Below are positions 31,615 to 42,302 of a stretch of 64,000 bases of DNA, piece after piece. Numbering within the stretch: position 1 is the first letter of the stretch; every line of letters starts with the position of its first letter. The DNA comes from Dehalococcoidia bacterium (lineage in GTDB: Bacteria > Chloroflexota > Dehalococcoidia > Lucifugimonadales > G965248475). Made by a program: the position numbers and the translations under genes. Where the stretch lies: NCBI GenBank assembly GCA_965248475.1, contig OZ252106.1, positions 101,099-165,098 on the forward strand, given 5' to 3'. The notes beneath the pieces are model-generated. The model was given only the letters and a program-made list of their open reading frames with translations. It was not told the origin of the DNA and searched no databases.

Positions 31615-31906
31615 TCGCAAGATGGGTCAGCGCGTAATCATGGGCCGGCCCTGGCACCACGATAGAAACAAGATGGACGTGCAGGTCCGGGGACCGGGAC
31701 CCAAGCTAGGCGGGTCTAATAGCGAGGTCCTTGAGGGTGTCTTGGGATACTCCCAGGCCCAGGTCAATGAGCTTGAGGAGTTGAACATCATCGCTGAGAT
31801 ACCCACCAACCCGCGGCCCGTGCCCACCCTCGGCCTGGACGAAATGGTCCGCCGTGGCCGCTACGCCTATCACGACCCCGACTACAAGCGTAAGCTCGGA
31901 ATCTAG
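30548..31906 (+). CDS. family III CoA-transferase (CaiB/BaiF), tandem copy 2
   Basis: GTG start behind GGAGGT. Identical to copy 1 through ...VTYPEDR, then a diverged C-terminal ~95 aa. Confidence 0.9.
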   Translation: MSKKPLEGIRVVESTYVYAFPYAAGLLADLGAEVIKIEGPGHIDTTRGGQFAGAFPDNDPGDDPWNRAAGFNQLNRGKKSLTLDLSKDEGQAVLKDLLAVTDIFMENYTPRVMRRWGLDYPNLKKLKPDIIMASNTGYGHGEGPYSQYPAQATTQEGTHGLVHITGYRDDSPSKAGQSYVDFISCWAALLGMGMALRYRNQTGKGQWIDVGMYQLGCMGSSEYVMDWISNERLGGPMGNRHPWRAPQGCYPCAGKDQWCVISVGDDEEWAALCSAIGKDGLIEDPKFATGSNRMKNHGELDGIISSWTKGVEKFQVMERLQGAGVPAAPVQDSRDANLSEQYWASGFLEKVTYPEDRKMGQRVIMGRPWHHDRNKMDVQVRGPGPKLGGSNSEVLEGVLGYSQAQVNELEELNIIAEIPTNPRPVPTLGLDEMVRRGRYAYHDPDYKRKLGI

Positions 31907-31916
31907 GCAGGGCGTA

Positions 31917-31934
31917 GTCCCGACTCGTCGGGCA
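31917..31934. repeat. GTCCCGAC-NN-GTCGGG palindromic motif, copy 3 (imperfect)
   Basis: GTCCCGAC tc GTCGGGCA, 11 nt after the stop of CoA-transferase copy 2. Confidence 0.45.
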
Positions 31935-32210
31935 CTCACACCGCTCACGCTAGGCTGAGTTTACCTCCGACTTCGTCGCGAGTCCGTATGCCCACAGGGC
32001 ATCGGACCTGAGCGAAGCCGAAGGGAAGCACATGGGCGGTGTCCGCATGTCATACGCATGCAAGCCGATGGTGGGCATCCCCAGCACCCACATTCCCAAC
32101 TGTTGGCTATGGCTTGACCTCCAAGCTGCAACAGAAAGTATGGGGATGGGCAATGCCCAGCGCCTTGACTGCGGTTAAGGCGTCCCGTAGGCTGGCAATA
32201 CCCCCTTCGC

Positions 32211-33857
<1,647 letters not shown>

Positions 33858-33861
<4 letters not shown>

Positions 33862-34088
33862 TCTTGCCTCCTCAAATCTTCCTGTTCGGCATGACGAGCG
33901 CGGAGCCTCTCGTATCGGATGGTCCTGAGCCAATCGCGCTCTTCCATGTAGTTGCGGAGGGCCTCTCTGATGAGCTCGCTCATGGTGCGGCCCTCCACAC
34001 GCATGACGTCCTGCACCTGATCCGCCATTTCAGGCGGCAGGGAGAACGTAATCGTCTTGGTGTTCCTGTTGATGAGCCTGTTGGTCAT
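33858..34088 (-). CDS. ribbon-helix-helix (CopG-like) DNA-binding protein
   Basis: TKTITFSLPPEMADQVQDVMRVEGRTMSELIREALRNYM is a canonical RHH. Its stop overlaps the recombinase start (ATGA). Confidence 0.75.
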
Positions 34089-34284
34089 AAGCTGTCTTAC
34101 TCTCTATCAACGACATCCTATGGAGCGTTGTCAATAGGCCTCTGTTCGGACTGGAGCAGTTACAAAGTGATTCTGGTAGTGAGGGGAGAATTGGCAAAGC
34201 GGACGGAAAGACGAGGGCGGGCAAAGGGGCATCAATATGCCAGCCGCCATGAGATTCAACGAATGTAAGTCACTACCACGTTGC

Positions 34285-34971
34285 CTATGGTGATTCCAGG
34301 CCGCCCGCAGGCCCGTAGGCCACGAACCCGTCGCCGGTGTCTTCGAAGCAGGTCGCGTGGGGGTAGGACATCACCTTGCGCATCATGACCATGTCTCCCG
34401 ACGAGCCCGCTACATTGAGCACAAAGGCCCACGTGACGACGGAGGCGAGCAGGTCGTCCGCGGCCGCGAAAGCCAGTGCTACTGCCAGCACCGAGGTCAA
34501 TAGCAGTGCCGGCGACAACCCGGCGGCGAGATACCGAGGCCTGTCGAAGTAGCTTCCGGGGGCGGCTGCGTAGAAGACCGGCCCAAACCTGGTCCACGGC
34601 TTGAACCCGAAGCGCGGCCGGCCGCCGAAGGCCAGGAAGAAGACGCCGTGTACGGCTTCGTGCAATATGACTCCGAGAACGCCCCCCAACAGCAATCCAG
34701 AGAAGAATGTTCCCCCGTCTATCGTCGTTTCGGCCGAGCCGGTCGCCGCCCAGACGATAAAGCCCGCCGCGGCGAGCGAGGCAAAGAAGGCGAAAAGGCC
34801 GACTAGGCCAAAGAGCAGGAGCTCCTTCACCGATGCCTGATTCAGGGTCCATCGGCCTATCTCGTTGTAGCCCTCCGGTAGTCGCCTGCCGCTCATTGCC
34901 AATCCCCCTCGTCGCTGGAGGCCCGGTTTCGGGCTCACGGCCGCTTGCCTATTGTAGTCGCGATTTCCCAT
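34285..34971 (-). CDS. putative membrane zincin peptidase (DUF3267-like)
   Basis: HEAVH (HExxH) within a TM-rich protein; overall layout like DUF3267. A likelier start is the internal ATG at 34896 (MSGRRLPEGY...). Confidence 0.7.
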   Translation of the reverse strand: MGNRDYNRQAAVSPKPGLQRRGGLAMSGRRLPEGYNEIGRWTLNQASVKELLLFGLVGLFAFFASLAAAGFIVWAATGSAETTIDGGTFFSGLLLGGVLGVILHEAVHGVFFLAFGGRPRFGFKPWTRFGPVFYAAAPGSYFDRPRYLAAGLSPALLLTSVLAVALAFAAADDLLASVVTWAFVLNVAGSSGDMVMMRKVMSYPHATCFEDTGDGFVAYGPAGGLESP

Positions 34972-35171
34972 TTGGACATGGTCATCGAATCCCCATTGAA
35001 CAGGCGATGGAGCCTAGAACTCTCGGCCGCAATGCAGTTGTGTTCCCATGTCAGTCCCAGTCATGCGCTATGTGGCTCATAGCATTCCATAAACGGATGC
35101 ACTAGGCGTCCTCAATGAAAGAACGAGTTCGGGCGACGGCGAATTTTAGGCGTGATGGAACCTACCGGCCC

Positions 35172-35642
35172 CTACCTCAGCACAAACCACCAGAGCAGAA
35201 CACTGGCTATCAGCAGCGCCAACAGCACGAAAGTGGTCACGCGGGCCATATTTAGCAGTTCCTTCGCCCCCTTGTGCGCGGCGATCTCCTTCCGGTACGC
35301 CTCCTCCATCTCCGCATACGCCTGACGACTGGCGGATGCGGCCTCCCTGGCCTCGTCCAGCTCCCGCTCCAACTCCGATGCTCGCCCATCCAGCTCCCAC
35401 ACAGTCCGCTGAAGCTTGTCCTCCCGATCAAGGGCGCGACGCAGCAACTCCGCGTCGCTCAGATACTCCGGCCCCTGCATCCGCACGTAGACCCGGCGGC
35501 CCTCCCTGACAACCTCGACCTCTCCACTCCTGATCTTCCGGTCCAGGGTCGAGAGGGATATCTCCAGCTCCTCAGCCGCCTCCGCTTTCGTGACCCAGCG
35601 GACAGGCCCATCCATCGGTTTTCCCTCCCTGTCGGCTGACAC
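35172..35642 (-). CDS. excisionase/MerR-type HTH protein with coiled coil and C-terminal TM anchor
   Basis: RWVTKAEAAEELEISLSTLDRKIRSGEV (HTH_17-like). Heptad-rich middle. C-terminus VTTFVLLALLIASVLLWWFVL. Confidence 0.65.
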   Translation of the reverse strand: MSADREGKPMDGPVRWVTKAEAAEELEISLSTLDRKIRSGEVEVVREGRRVYVRMQGPEYLSDAELLRRALDREDKLQRTVWELDGRASELERELDEAREAASASRQAYAEMEEAYRKEIAAHKGAKELLNMARVTTFVLLALLIASVLLWWFVLR

Positions 35643-35736
35643 GTCAGCGGTTGTATCGGGGGTACAAAATGTACTCGGACGCGTCCTTTATTTTAGCACA
35701 GGTTCCCATTTGTGTCTCTGACCGGTCAGGCGACAC

Positions 35737-35770
35737 GTCAACCCTGTTTCGTAGCTGAAACAGGGTTGAC
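35737..35770. repeat. perfect 14-bp-stem / 6-nt-loop inverted repeat (candidate oriT/origin/operator)
   Basis: GTCAACCCTGTTTC gtagct GAAACAGGGTTGAC. Preceded by the 12-bp palindrome CTGACCGGTCAG (35718-35729) and bracketed by GGGGGTACAAAA (35658-35669) / TTTTGTACCCCC (35812-35823). Confidence 0.55.
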
Positions 35771-35875
35771 TTGGCCGTCGGCGGACAACGAAAATCACGC
35801 TGGTTGTGCCGTTTTGTACCCCCCCCAGACAGCATGTCGGGGGATAGGGACGCATCGGCCCTATCTATCTTCCTC

Positions 35876-36769
35876 CTACAGGACATGACGCATCCGGTGA
35901 TAGAGTGAGTCCCACTGGTAGAGTCGGAGCCCGGACAGTGCCAGTCGTGGGGACTCCGGCTCCCAGAGTGGATGCCAGGACCGCCCCAGGATTCCTGCGG
36001 TGGACAGAACGGGCCGGCAGGACACGAGGATGGGCAGCGACATGGTGGCCAACTGGGACGCCGTGCGCACGTAGGTGGCCTCGACCTCCTCAGTGTCCAC
36101 GACGAAGAGGGTGGTGGGGAACGGTGGCTGGTCTTCGCCCGGCTCGGTGGACCAGTAGTAGCTCATGTAGGGACTCAGGCAGGCAATAACTCCCTCGGGG
36201 TGACGGGCACGAAGCTCGTACTCCAGGGAGAACGGCACGTGAAGGCCCCCTGCGACCAAGTGCCCCACGGCGTCGGGTGCGATGGCCGAATCGCCCCAGT
36301 TGTAGGCCCGGTCGGACCTGGCGGTGGGGACGGACCACAGGAGCTCGCTGTCAGGGTCGGTCCTCGCCTCGGCTTCCAGCTTTGAGAGGAACCATGTGAT
36401 GCCGTCGGCGTGCCTCGTCTGCCGCGCCCACGTGTCGATGCGGTGGCCCACATGCCTTGTCCGGCCCTGACGATCGGTGGTGAGGGCTGTGCTCCAGATG
36501 CCCCGCGTCGTCGAGAGCTGGGCGCGGTCCCTGTGTGTAATATAGCGAATACCCTCGGCGGACAGGGTGTAGCGGATGTCTCCCCGTTGTCCTCCACGCT
36601 CGACAAGGCCCCAGGTGTTCACGAGACTGTGCATTATCTGGCTGACCCGGCCCTCTGAGACGCCGAGCCAGAGGGCTAGGTGTCCACGGGGGATCATCGG
36701 GTGGTCGGTCACGAGATCGAGCGTCCGCTTCTCCGAGGGGCTGACGCCGAACGGGCTTCTCTCGCTCAC
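35876..36769 (-). CDS. replication-relaxation family protein (winged-helix N-terminus)
   Basis: The N-terminal wHTH (LDLVTDHPMIPRGHLALWLGVSEGRVSQIMHSLVNTWGLV) and the core ...APDAVGHL.....PFSLEYE... resemble the plasmid Replic_Relax family. By-eye call. Confidence 0.65.
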   Translation of the reverse strand: MSERSPFGVSPSEKRTLDLVTDHPMIPRGHLALWLGVSEGRVSQIMHSLVNTWGLVERGGQRGDIRYTLSAEGIRYITHRDRAQLSTTRGIWSTALTTDRQGRTRHVGHRIDTWARQTRHADGITWFLSKLEAEARTDPDSELLWSVPTARSDRAYNWGDSAIAPDAVGHLVAGGLHVPFSLEYELRARHPEGVIACLSPYMSYYWSTEPGEDQPPFPTTLFVVDTEEVEATYVRTASQLATMSLPILVSCRPVLSTAGILGRSWHPLWEPESPRLALSGLRLYQWDSLYHRMRHVL

Positions 36770-36903
36770 TCCTCACGCCAGAGGCTATTCTGGAGGATCG
36801 AGTCCCGCACCTGCCAGGCTAGGCCGTAGCGCACCGGAACGTCGGAAGAGCTGAGCGTCACGACGATGGTATAGATCTCCCCCTCGGCTAAGCCGCCGCG
36901 CAG

Positions 36904-37728
36904 CTAGCCCGCAGACTCCCGCTCGCGCGGCGTCCGCACACGCAACACGTAGATCAGCGCGATCACAACTGCATAGCTGACGGCGAAGATCGCGCTGACC
37001 AGTGCGCTGGTGAAAGCTGGTTGTAGGGACTCTGATTGCCACGACACTATCGCCCAATGCGTGGATATGACCACGAGCACAGCCACGCTGAACAACGCGA
37101 TGACCATCCTAGTGCGGGCAACGCCGCTCGCCGAATCGAAGCGGCCGAGCGCCCAGACGGCCAGCAGGCTCAGCGCAATATTGAACGCTAGCACGATCGA
37201 CCATGACACGATGCGGTACGGCTCATCCACCGCTGTGAGGAGCGGGAAGACGCTGGTCAGCGAACTGGTACCTCGAGGGAGCGTAGTGGACAACCCAACC
37301 AGCAAGAGAGCGTGGCCTAGGCTGATTCTGGACGCCTGCCGGCCGAACCAGACGAGGATAGCTAGTGCTACGACCGAAGCCACCAACGACAACGCAGTCC
37401 TCGACCCTGGGAGAGGAGTACCGAATACCTGGATAGCAACCGTAGCCACCGCATTCGCCAGTGCAGCGCCGACGCCGTACGCCCAGACCAGCGCCAGCGC
37501 GGGCCGGCCCAACCGGCGCACGCGCAGGTACGAAAGGCCCAGCAACAGCAAGAGCAAGATGGCCTTCGGGCTGATGTAGGGGAGGTCCTGGCGCTCGCTG
37601 AGGGGCAGAGTGAACAGCTCCGGGCGTGAGAATTCGATCACCCACGTGACGCTCACCACCAGCGGGACGCCGACGAACAGCCACAGCTCCCAGCGGTACC
37701 TCAGCACGGCCTGCGTGAAACCGCTCAT
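36904..37728 (-). CDS. hypothetical polytopic membrane protein (274 aa)
   Basis: About 8 hydrophobic helices. No recognisable motif. Confidence 0.6.
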   Translation of the reverse strand: MSGFTQAVLRYRWELWLFVGVPLVVSVTWVIEFSRPELFTLPLSERQDLPYISPKAILLLLLLGLSYLRVRRLGRPALALVWAYGVGAALANAVATVAIQVFGTPLPGSRTALSLVASVVALAILVWFGRQASRISLGHALLLVGLSTTLPRGTSSLTSVFPLLTAVDEPYRIVSWSIVLAFNIALSLLAVWALGRFDSASGVARTRMVIALFSVAVLVVISTHWAIVSWQSESLQPAFTSALVSAIFAVSYAVVIALIYVLRVRTPRERESAG

Positions 37729-38164
37729 CGCCCCACACCATCACAGGCGTGCCGCTCGTAGGGAGAGTGACCTGGCCGTCGTACACTTGATGTAGCCCGA
37801 CCATCTCCTCCCGGCAGGCCTGCGGAGGCTATACTACGACCCCATTGACTGGTGCTATGCGTTCTGAACGCGCTCCAAGTACTTCCTGGGGCTATACGGA
37901 CTCTAGCGATACTACTTTTCACTGGAATGATTCTCGCTCTCCAAGTTGAAGTGGATTCTCGCCGGACCCAGGTTGAATTATCTCCGATCAGGGTGCTCCC
38001 ATCCATTAGGTTTCATGCTTCCTAAATGGTAAAATGGTGGCCTAACGGTAGGCTAATCCCCTTTGCCCTAGCGGAGTGCAGCGTCATCCATTTGTACAGA
38101 GAGGTGGTCTCGTTTGTCTGAACAGCGCTGCCCGGTTTGATAAGTGGAATCGCGCTGCCGTGCG

Positions 38165-38992
38165 TTAGGCCGCCGCGGACTCGGCAGGCGCTCTGTCAAA
38201 GAACTGGTCCGGCGTCATTCCCCCAAGGCTCGAATGGGGCCGTCCGGCATTGTAAAACTCGAAGTACCGCCCGAGTCCAGTTCTGGCTTCCGGGACCGAT
38301 TCGTAGGCTCTCAGGTACATCTCCTCGTACTTGACGCTCTTCCACAGCCGTTCGACGAACACATTATCCTTCCAGCTCCCCTTCCCGTCCATACTGATCT
38401 GGATCTCACTGGCTTTCAGCAGGCCGGTGAAGGCGTCACTTGTGAACTGGCTTCCCTGATCTGTGTTGAATATCTCCGGCGCGCCGTGGCATCCCAGGGA
38501 TTCTTCGAGCGCCTCCACGCAGAAGTCTGTGTCCATTGTGACCGATACCCGCCAGGCCAGCACCTTGCGGCTATGCCAGTCCATCACTGCGGCTAGGTAC
38601 ACGAACCCCCTGGCCATCGGAATGTACGTGATGTCCATTGCCCACACCTGGTTGGGCCTGCTCACCTCAAGCCCACGCAGCAGGTACGGATACACCGTAT
38701 GGCCGGGGCGTCGCCGGCTGGTGTTGGGCTTGCGGTACAGCGCATCGATGCCCATCCGCCGCATCAGTGTGGCGATGTGTCTACGCCCGGAGGAGAGTCC
38801 CTCATGGCGGAGCAGGCCTCGCATCATCCTACTGCCTGCAAACGGATACTCAAGGTGCAGCTCATCGATACGGCGCATCAGCCCGAGACCGGCTTCGCCC
38901 ACCGGCCGTGGCCGGTAGTAGATGCTCCCGCGGCTGATGCCCACTGCCTTTGCCTGGCGGGCGAGAGGCAGCTTGTGATCGCGGTCGATCAT
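38165..38992 (-). CDS. IS3-family transposase OrfB (DDE/rve domain)
   Basis: ...WAMDITYIPMARGFVYLAAVMDWHSRKVLAWRVS...FNTDQGSQFTS...DNVFVERLWKSVKYEE... Confidence 0.9.
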   Translation of the reverse strand: MIDRDHKLPLARQAKAVGISRGSIYYRPRPVGEAGLGLMRRIDELHLEYPFAGSRMMRGLLRHEGLSSGRRHIATLMRRMGIDALYRKPNTSRRRPGHTVYPYLLRGLEVSRPNQVWAMDITYIPMARGFVYLAAVMDWHSRKVLAWRVSVTMDTDFCVEALEESLGCHGAPEIFNTDQGSQFTSDAFTGLLKASEIQISMDGKGSWKDNVFVERLWKSVKYEEMYLRAYESVPEARTGLGRYFEFYNAGRPHSSLGGMTPDQFFDRAPAESAAA

Positions 38993-39294
38993 CGCCTTGC
39001 GCCCGGCAATCCCGCCTTCGTGAGTGCGGCCTCTAAAGAATCGTTCTCCAACGCAAGCTCACCGATCTTAGCGTGAAGAACCTTCATATCTACCGGCTTT
39101 TCAGCCTGCCCTGTCCCGGCCCCAAATAACTGCGCCGCCCGATCCAGCAACTGGGTCTTCCATTGCGTGATCTGGTTCGGGTGCACATCGAACTGGCTTG
39201 CCAACTCCGAAAGTGTCCGGTCGCCGCGCACTGCGGCAAGAGCCACCTTCGCCTTGAACTCTGCCGAGTGGTTACGGCGGGCTCGTCTGCTCAT
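38989..39294 (-). CDS. IS3-family transposase OrfA (HTH)
   Basis: RRNHSAEFKAKVALAAVRGDRTLSELASQFDVHPNQITQWK... Overlaps orfB by 4 nt, the usual frameshift arrangement. Confidence 0.9.
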   Translation of the reverse strand: MSRRARRNHSAEFKAKVALAAVRGDRTLSELASQFDVHPNQITQWKTQLLDRAAQLFGAGTGQAEKPVDMKVLHAKIGELALENDSLEAALTKAGLPGARR

Positions 39295-39659
39295 CTCTCG
39301 CTCCTGTCTCCGAGAGCACTATCATGCCCTCAATCAGGCAGCGATTCCACTTATCCCCCTGTTCAGATTTCCGGAGCCACTTCTCCGCGCGACCAATCCG
39401 CTCAATACTGTCACAGGCGCATAAACAACAGGGGGAGGACTCCCAGCCCATCTGTGGCCAGAATGCTCTCTCGATAGTGGAAGGGACCGGCCTGAATTGG
39501 CACGACGAGCCACACAACCCCGACAGTAGCCAGTACTGCGGCCAACCCGACTATCAAGAGAGAGGTCATGTTTGTGGCCGTAAGGCTACCGCGCATTTTG
39601 TTGTGTCCTGGCAAATCTTGGTCTCTTATGAGTGATTAGCTATAGCACCAACCTGAACC

Positions 39660-41264
39660 TCAAAGTGAAGATTCTTTAGGCGCAATTGCGACGGACTCAG
39701 GCTCAGGGGAATCACCGTCGATGGGTATGGCCAGCGTGATGTCCACGTTGTTGTCCCTATCGATGACGACCTGCTCCACGATCATCTGGAGAATCTCCTT
39801 GCGCTGCTCGGGGGTCAACTCGTCCAAGCCCTGGCCGACCTCTCTCGCCCAGGCTAGGACAGCCTCCATCAGCCGCCGCTTCTCAGCTCCGCCCACCTCC
39901 TGAGCATGGTAATCGTCCAGCTTCGCCCTGGCGCTCTCAAGCCGCTCGGTGATGAACTTGCGCTGATGGTCGAGTTGGGCCTCGGTGATCTTCCCCGACA
40001 CGAACAGCCTGATGGCACGGTCCTCTTCCATCTGGATGCTCCGCAGGTCTCGCTCGGCTTGGGCGATCTCCTCCTCCAATCCGCCGCCCTCTGGAGAATC
40101 GAGGGTGTCGATACCGGCGACGATCAGGTCGGGGTTCTGGATTACCCGCTTCACCTCGCTCCATATCGGCTCCTCCAATCGCTCGGCCCGGATGTAGGGA
40201 CGCTCTCGGCAGCGCAGGCGCATACTCTGCATTCCGTTGCACATGTAGTATCGGTTGGGAGTGGGAAGGTCGTAGCGGTACTTCTTGCCGTTGCGAACGT
40301 TGGTGGTGCTCCGGGTGCATCTTGCATGGAAATTGTGGCCGCACTCGCCGCATTTCAGAAGGTGCTGCAACAGGTAGAGCACATTCGTGTTCCTCTTGGC
40401 CCTCCTGCTCCGCTGCTTCTTCAGCGCCTGCGCCCGCTCCCAGGTCTCTTGGTCTATCAGCGGTGGAATCGGCACTTCTATCCAGGTGTCCCTCGGCTGG
40501 TCGTAGACCTTCATTCCGTCTTCGGTGGAGACGTGGCGGTACTTGCCGTAGACCCAAGAGCCCGTGTAGCTGTCGTTTCCCAGGAGGCTATGTACCTGGG
40601 CCTGACGCCACGCCGGGCCGCCCAGGGCGGTGGGGATGCCCTCGTCGGTCAGCCGCACGGCAATGGAGTAGGACCCCATCCCCTCATGGACGTACATGTG
40701 GAAGATGCGGCGGACGACCTCCGCCTGCTCCTCAATCGCCTCGGGCCTGCCGTCGTCCCCGATGCGGTATCCGTAGGGGAGGCCGCCGGTGGACACCCGT
40801 CCCTGCTTGGCCGTCCCCCGCTTGCCCATAGTGGACCGCTCCCGGAAGTTGTCAAGCTCTATCTTGCCGATGGCCGCCATGAGTCCGAAGGTCTTCATGT
40901 CGATGGAGTCCATGACGGCTTCCAGCCGTATCTGGTGGGCCTCGACGACCTCCATCAGAGCGGCTGCGAGGTACATCCCTCTACTCAGCCGATCGGACTT
41001 CCAGCAGACGATGGTGTCGAAGCGTCCGCTCCTGGCGTCGGTCAGCATCCGCTGGAACTCGGGGCGCTTCTTGGACCAGCCCCTGCCCACCTCCTGGTAG
41101 CGGGCGTTGATGGTCAGCCCTTTGCTCTCGCAGTAGGCTTCCATGTCGCCTATCTGCTCGGAGAGGGAGGTCTTGTCGTCCTCAGCCTGGCTCTTGTCCG
41201 ATACGCGGGCGTAGATGGCCGCCCTCTTGCCGTTTGCCTGTCTCTGTGTCCTGCTTACTGCCAT
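39660..41264 (-). CDS. large serine recombinase (intact, 534 aa)
   Basis: Catalytic region AAIYARVSDKSQ...FDTIVCWKSDRLSRG, recombinase domain, zinc ribbon (LLKCGECGHNF...YYMC), C-terminal coiled coil. Confidence 0.9.
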   Translation of the reverse strand: MAVSRTQRQANGKRAAIYARVSDKSQAEDDKTSLSEQIGDMEAYCESKGLTINARYQEVGRGWSKKRPEFQRMLTDARSGRFDTIVCWKSDRLSRGMYLAAALMEVVEAHQIRLEAVMDSIDMKTFGLMAAIGKIELDNFRERSTMGKRGTAKQGRVSTGGLPYGYRIGDDGRPEAIEEQAEVVRRIFHMYVHEGMGSYSIAVRLTDEGIPTALGGPAWRQAQVHSLLGNDSYTGSWVYGKYRHVSTEDGMKVYDQPRDTWIEVPIPPLIDQETWERAQALKKQRSRRAKRNTNVLYLLQHLLKCGECGHNFHARCTRSTTNVRNGKKYRYDLPTPNRYYMCNGMQSMRLRCRERPYIRAERLEEPIWSEVKRVIQNPDLIVAGIDTLDSPEGGGLEEEIAQAERDLRSIQMEEDRAIRLFVSGKITEAQLDHQRKFITERLESARAKLDDYHAQEVGGAEKRRLMEAVLAWAREVGQGLDELTPEQRKEILQMIVEQVVIDRDNNVDITLAIPIDGDSPEPESVAIAPKESSL

Positions 41265-41292
41265 GATTGCCTCCTCTCGTACCCTCTGAAAT

Positions 41293-41325
41293 GAAAAAGA
41301 CCCGCCTCCTGTCGGGAGCGGGTCT
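41293..41325 (-). terminator. rho-independent terminator (minus strand) between the PAPS-reductase pseudogene and the recombinase
   Basis: On the minus strand: GACCCGC-loop-GCGGGTC followed by TTTTTCATTT. Confidence 0.6.
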
Positions 41326-41463
41326 GCGAGTAGTACAATTACTTCGCATCACCTGTCCATCAGGTGGCGCCACGGCCCGGGGTGTTTGCAGCATCGCCGG
41401 GCCAACTTGTACCCAGCATTCTACCGCGTTTGCCCTAGTCACGTCAAAGGGTTGGAGCGGCGC

Positions 41464-42302
41464 TCAGACGCCGCAATGCCCCTCGCACTCGTTGCCGTAG
41501 CCATCCTGACGGAGGCCGTCTCGCAACCGCGTTTCATCAAGGCTGACCGCCTGCGCGAGGGGCACCCGTAGAGGATGCAGGTAGGGCTCCTTGGCGAAGG
41601 CCAACCGTCCTCTGAGTTTGGCGTCGATCTCCACCGCGTCGGCGAACAACTCCGGCCACCTGCGCTTCGTCTCGACCCATTTCTGGCGAGACTGGTAGGG
41701 GCAGCGATGCAGGCCGAGCGCTCCAGTGGCCGGTCGTAGCGGGTCTGCCACCACTCCATGCAGTCTTTTCTGGACATCCCGGCCTCGATGAGTGGGTAGC
41801 GGTTGCGTATCCACCCGTCGCGGGATGGCCTTATGCGAATAGCCTCGTCGGTGGAGATACCCAGCCACAGCTCGACGGCGGTGCCGGTGGGGACGCGCTG
41901 TCCCTTGCTGAGTCCTAGCAACTCGCGCATCTTCCGGCGCACGGGCGCGATCTTGTAGTGCTCAATACACTGCCGCCGCCCCATCCCGTCACCCTCCCCA
42001 TCTCGTCCCTTCAGATAGACGGGAAGATCGATGAAACCCCGGTTCCCGGAGTGGTTGGTGAGGGCTTTGGCGTCCTCGCGGAGGCTGCGCCCGTTGTCCA
42101 CGATGTATAAGGGGAACGCCAGACGCTCGGCCAGCCATTCCAGGTGGGGGGGGTAGATGCTGGGAGGCTCCCAGTGGGTGTCGGCGAAAATGGCGCAGTC
42201 CGGCAGTTGGCCGAACACGCTCCCGCTTGCCATGAGGGCCATGACCGATGACTGGACGCCTCCGCCCAGGCTGATGACCGTCAGGGAATGGGTGGGCTGC
42301 AT
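41464..42302 (-). pseudogene. phage-type PAPS-reductase-family protein, frameshifted
   Basis: N-terminal VISLGGGVQSSVMALMA (PP-loop). The frame is lost near 41700-41708: ...LERSACIAAPTS... versus the +1 frame ...CPYQSRQKWVE...YLH...GYGNECEGHCGV, the family's usual C-terminus. Consistent with a 1-nt deletion. Confidence 0.75.

Larger units (their letters stand above)
38117..39367 (-). mobile_element. IS3-family insertion sequence, apparently intact
   Basis: Terminal inverted repeats TCTGAACAG...GATAAGTGGAATCGC(G)CTGCC at both ends (TG...CA termini at 38119/39365). Encloses orfA and orfB. Confidence 0.85.

Noticed and set aside
37862-37876. TCTGAACGCGCTCC, resembling the IS3 terminal repeat (TCTGAACAGCGCTGCC), about 255 bp outside the element. 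Considered as a solo IR or older insertion scar.
   Set aside because: Similarity is limited to ~14 nt and does not extend further. It could be chance.
39906-41294. 462-aa plus-strand ORF, the longest unassigned ORF in the island.
   Set aside because: It is the antisense shadow of the serine recombinase gene. It is Gly/Leu/Pro/Val-rich and low-complexity with no motif, the typical GC-rich mirror ORF. The same reasoning applies to 15635-16471, 16673-17401, 17729-18541, 28233-28898, 32590-33246 and 36175-36776.
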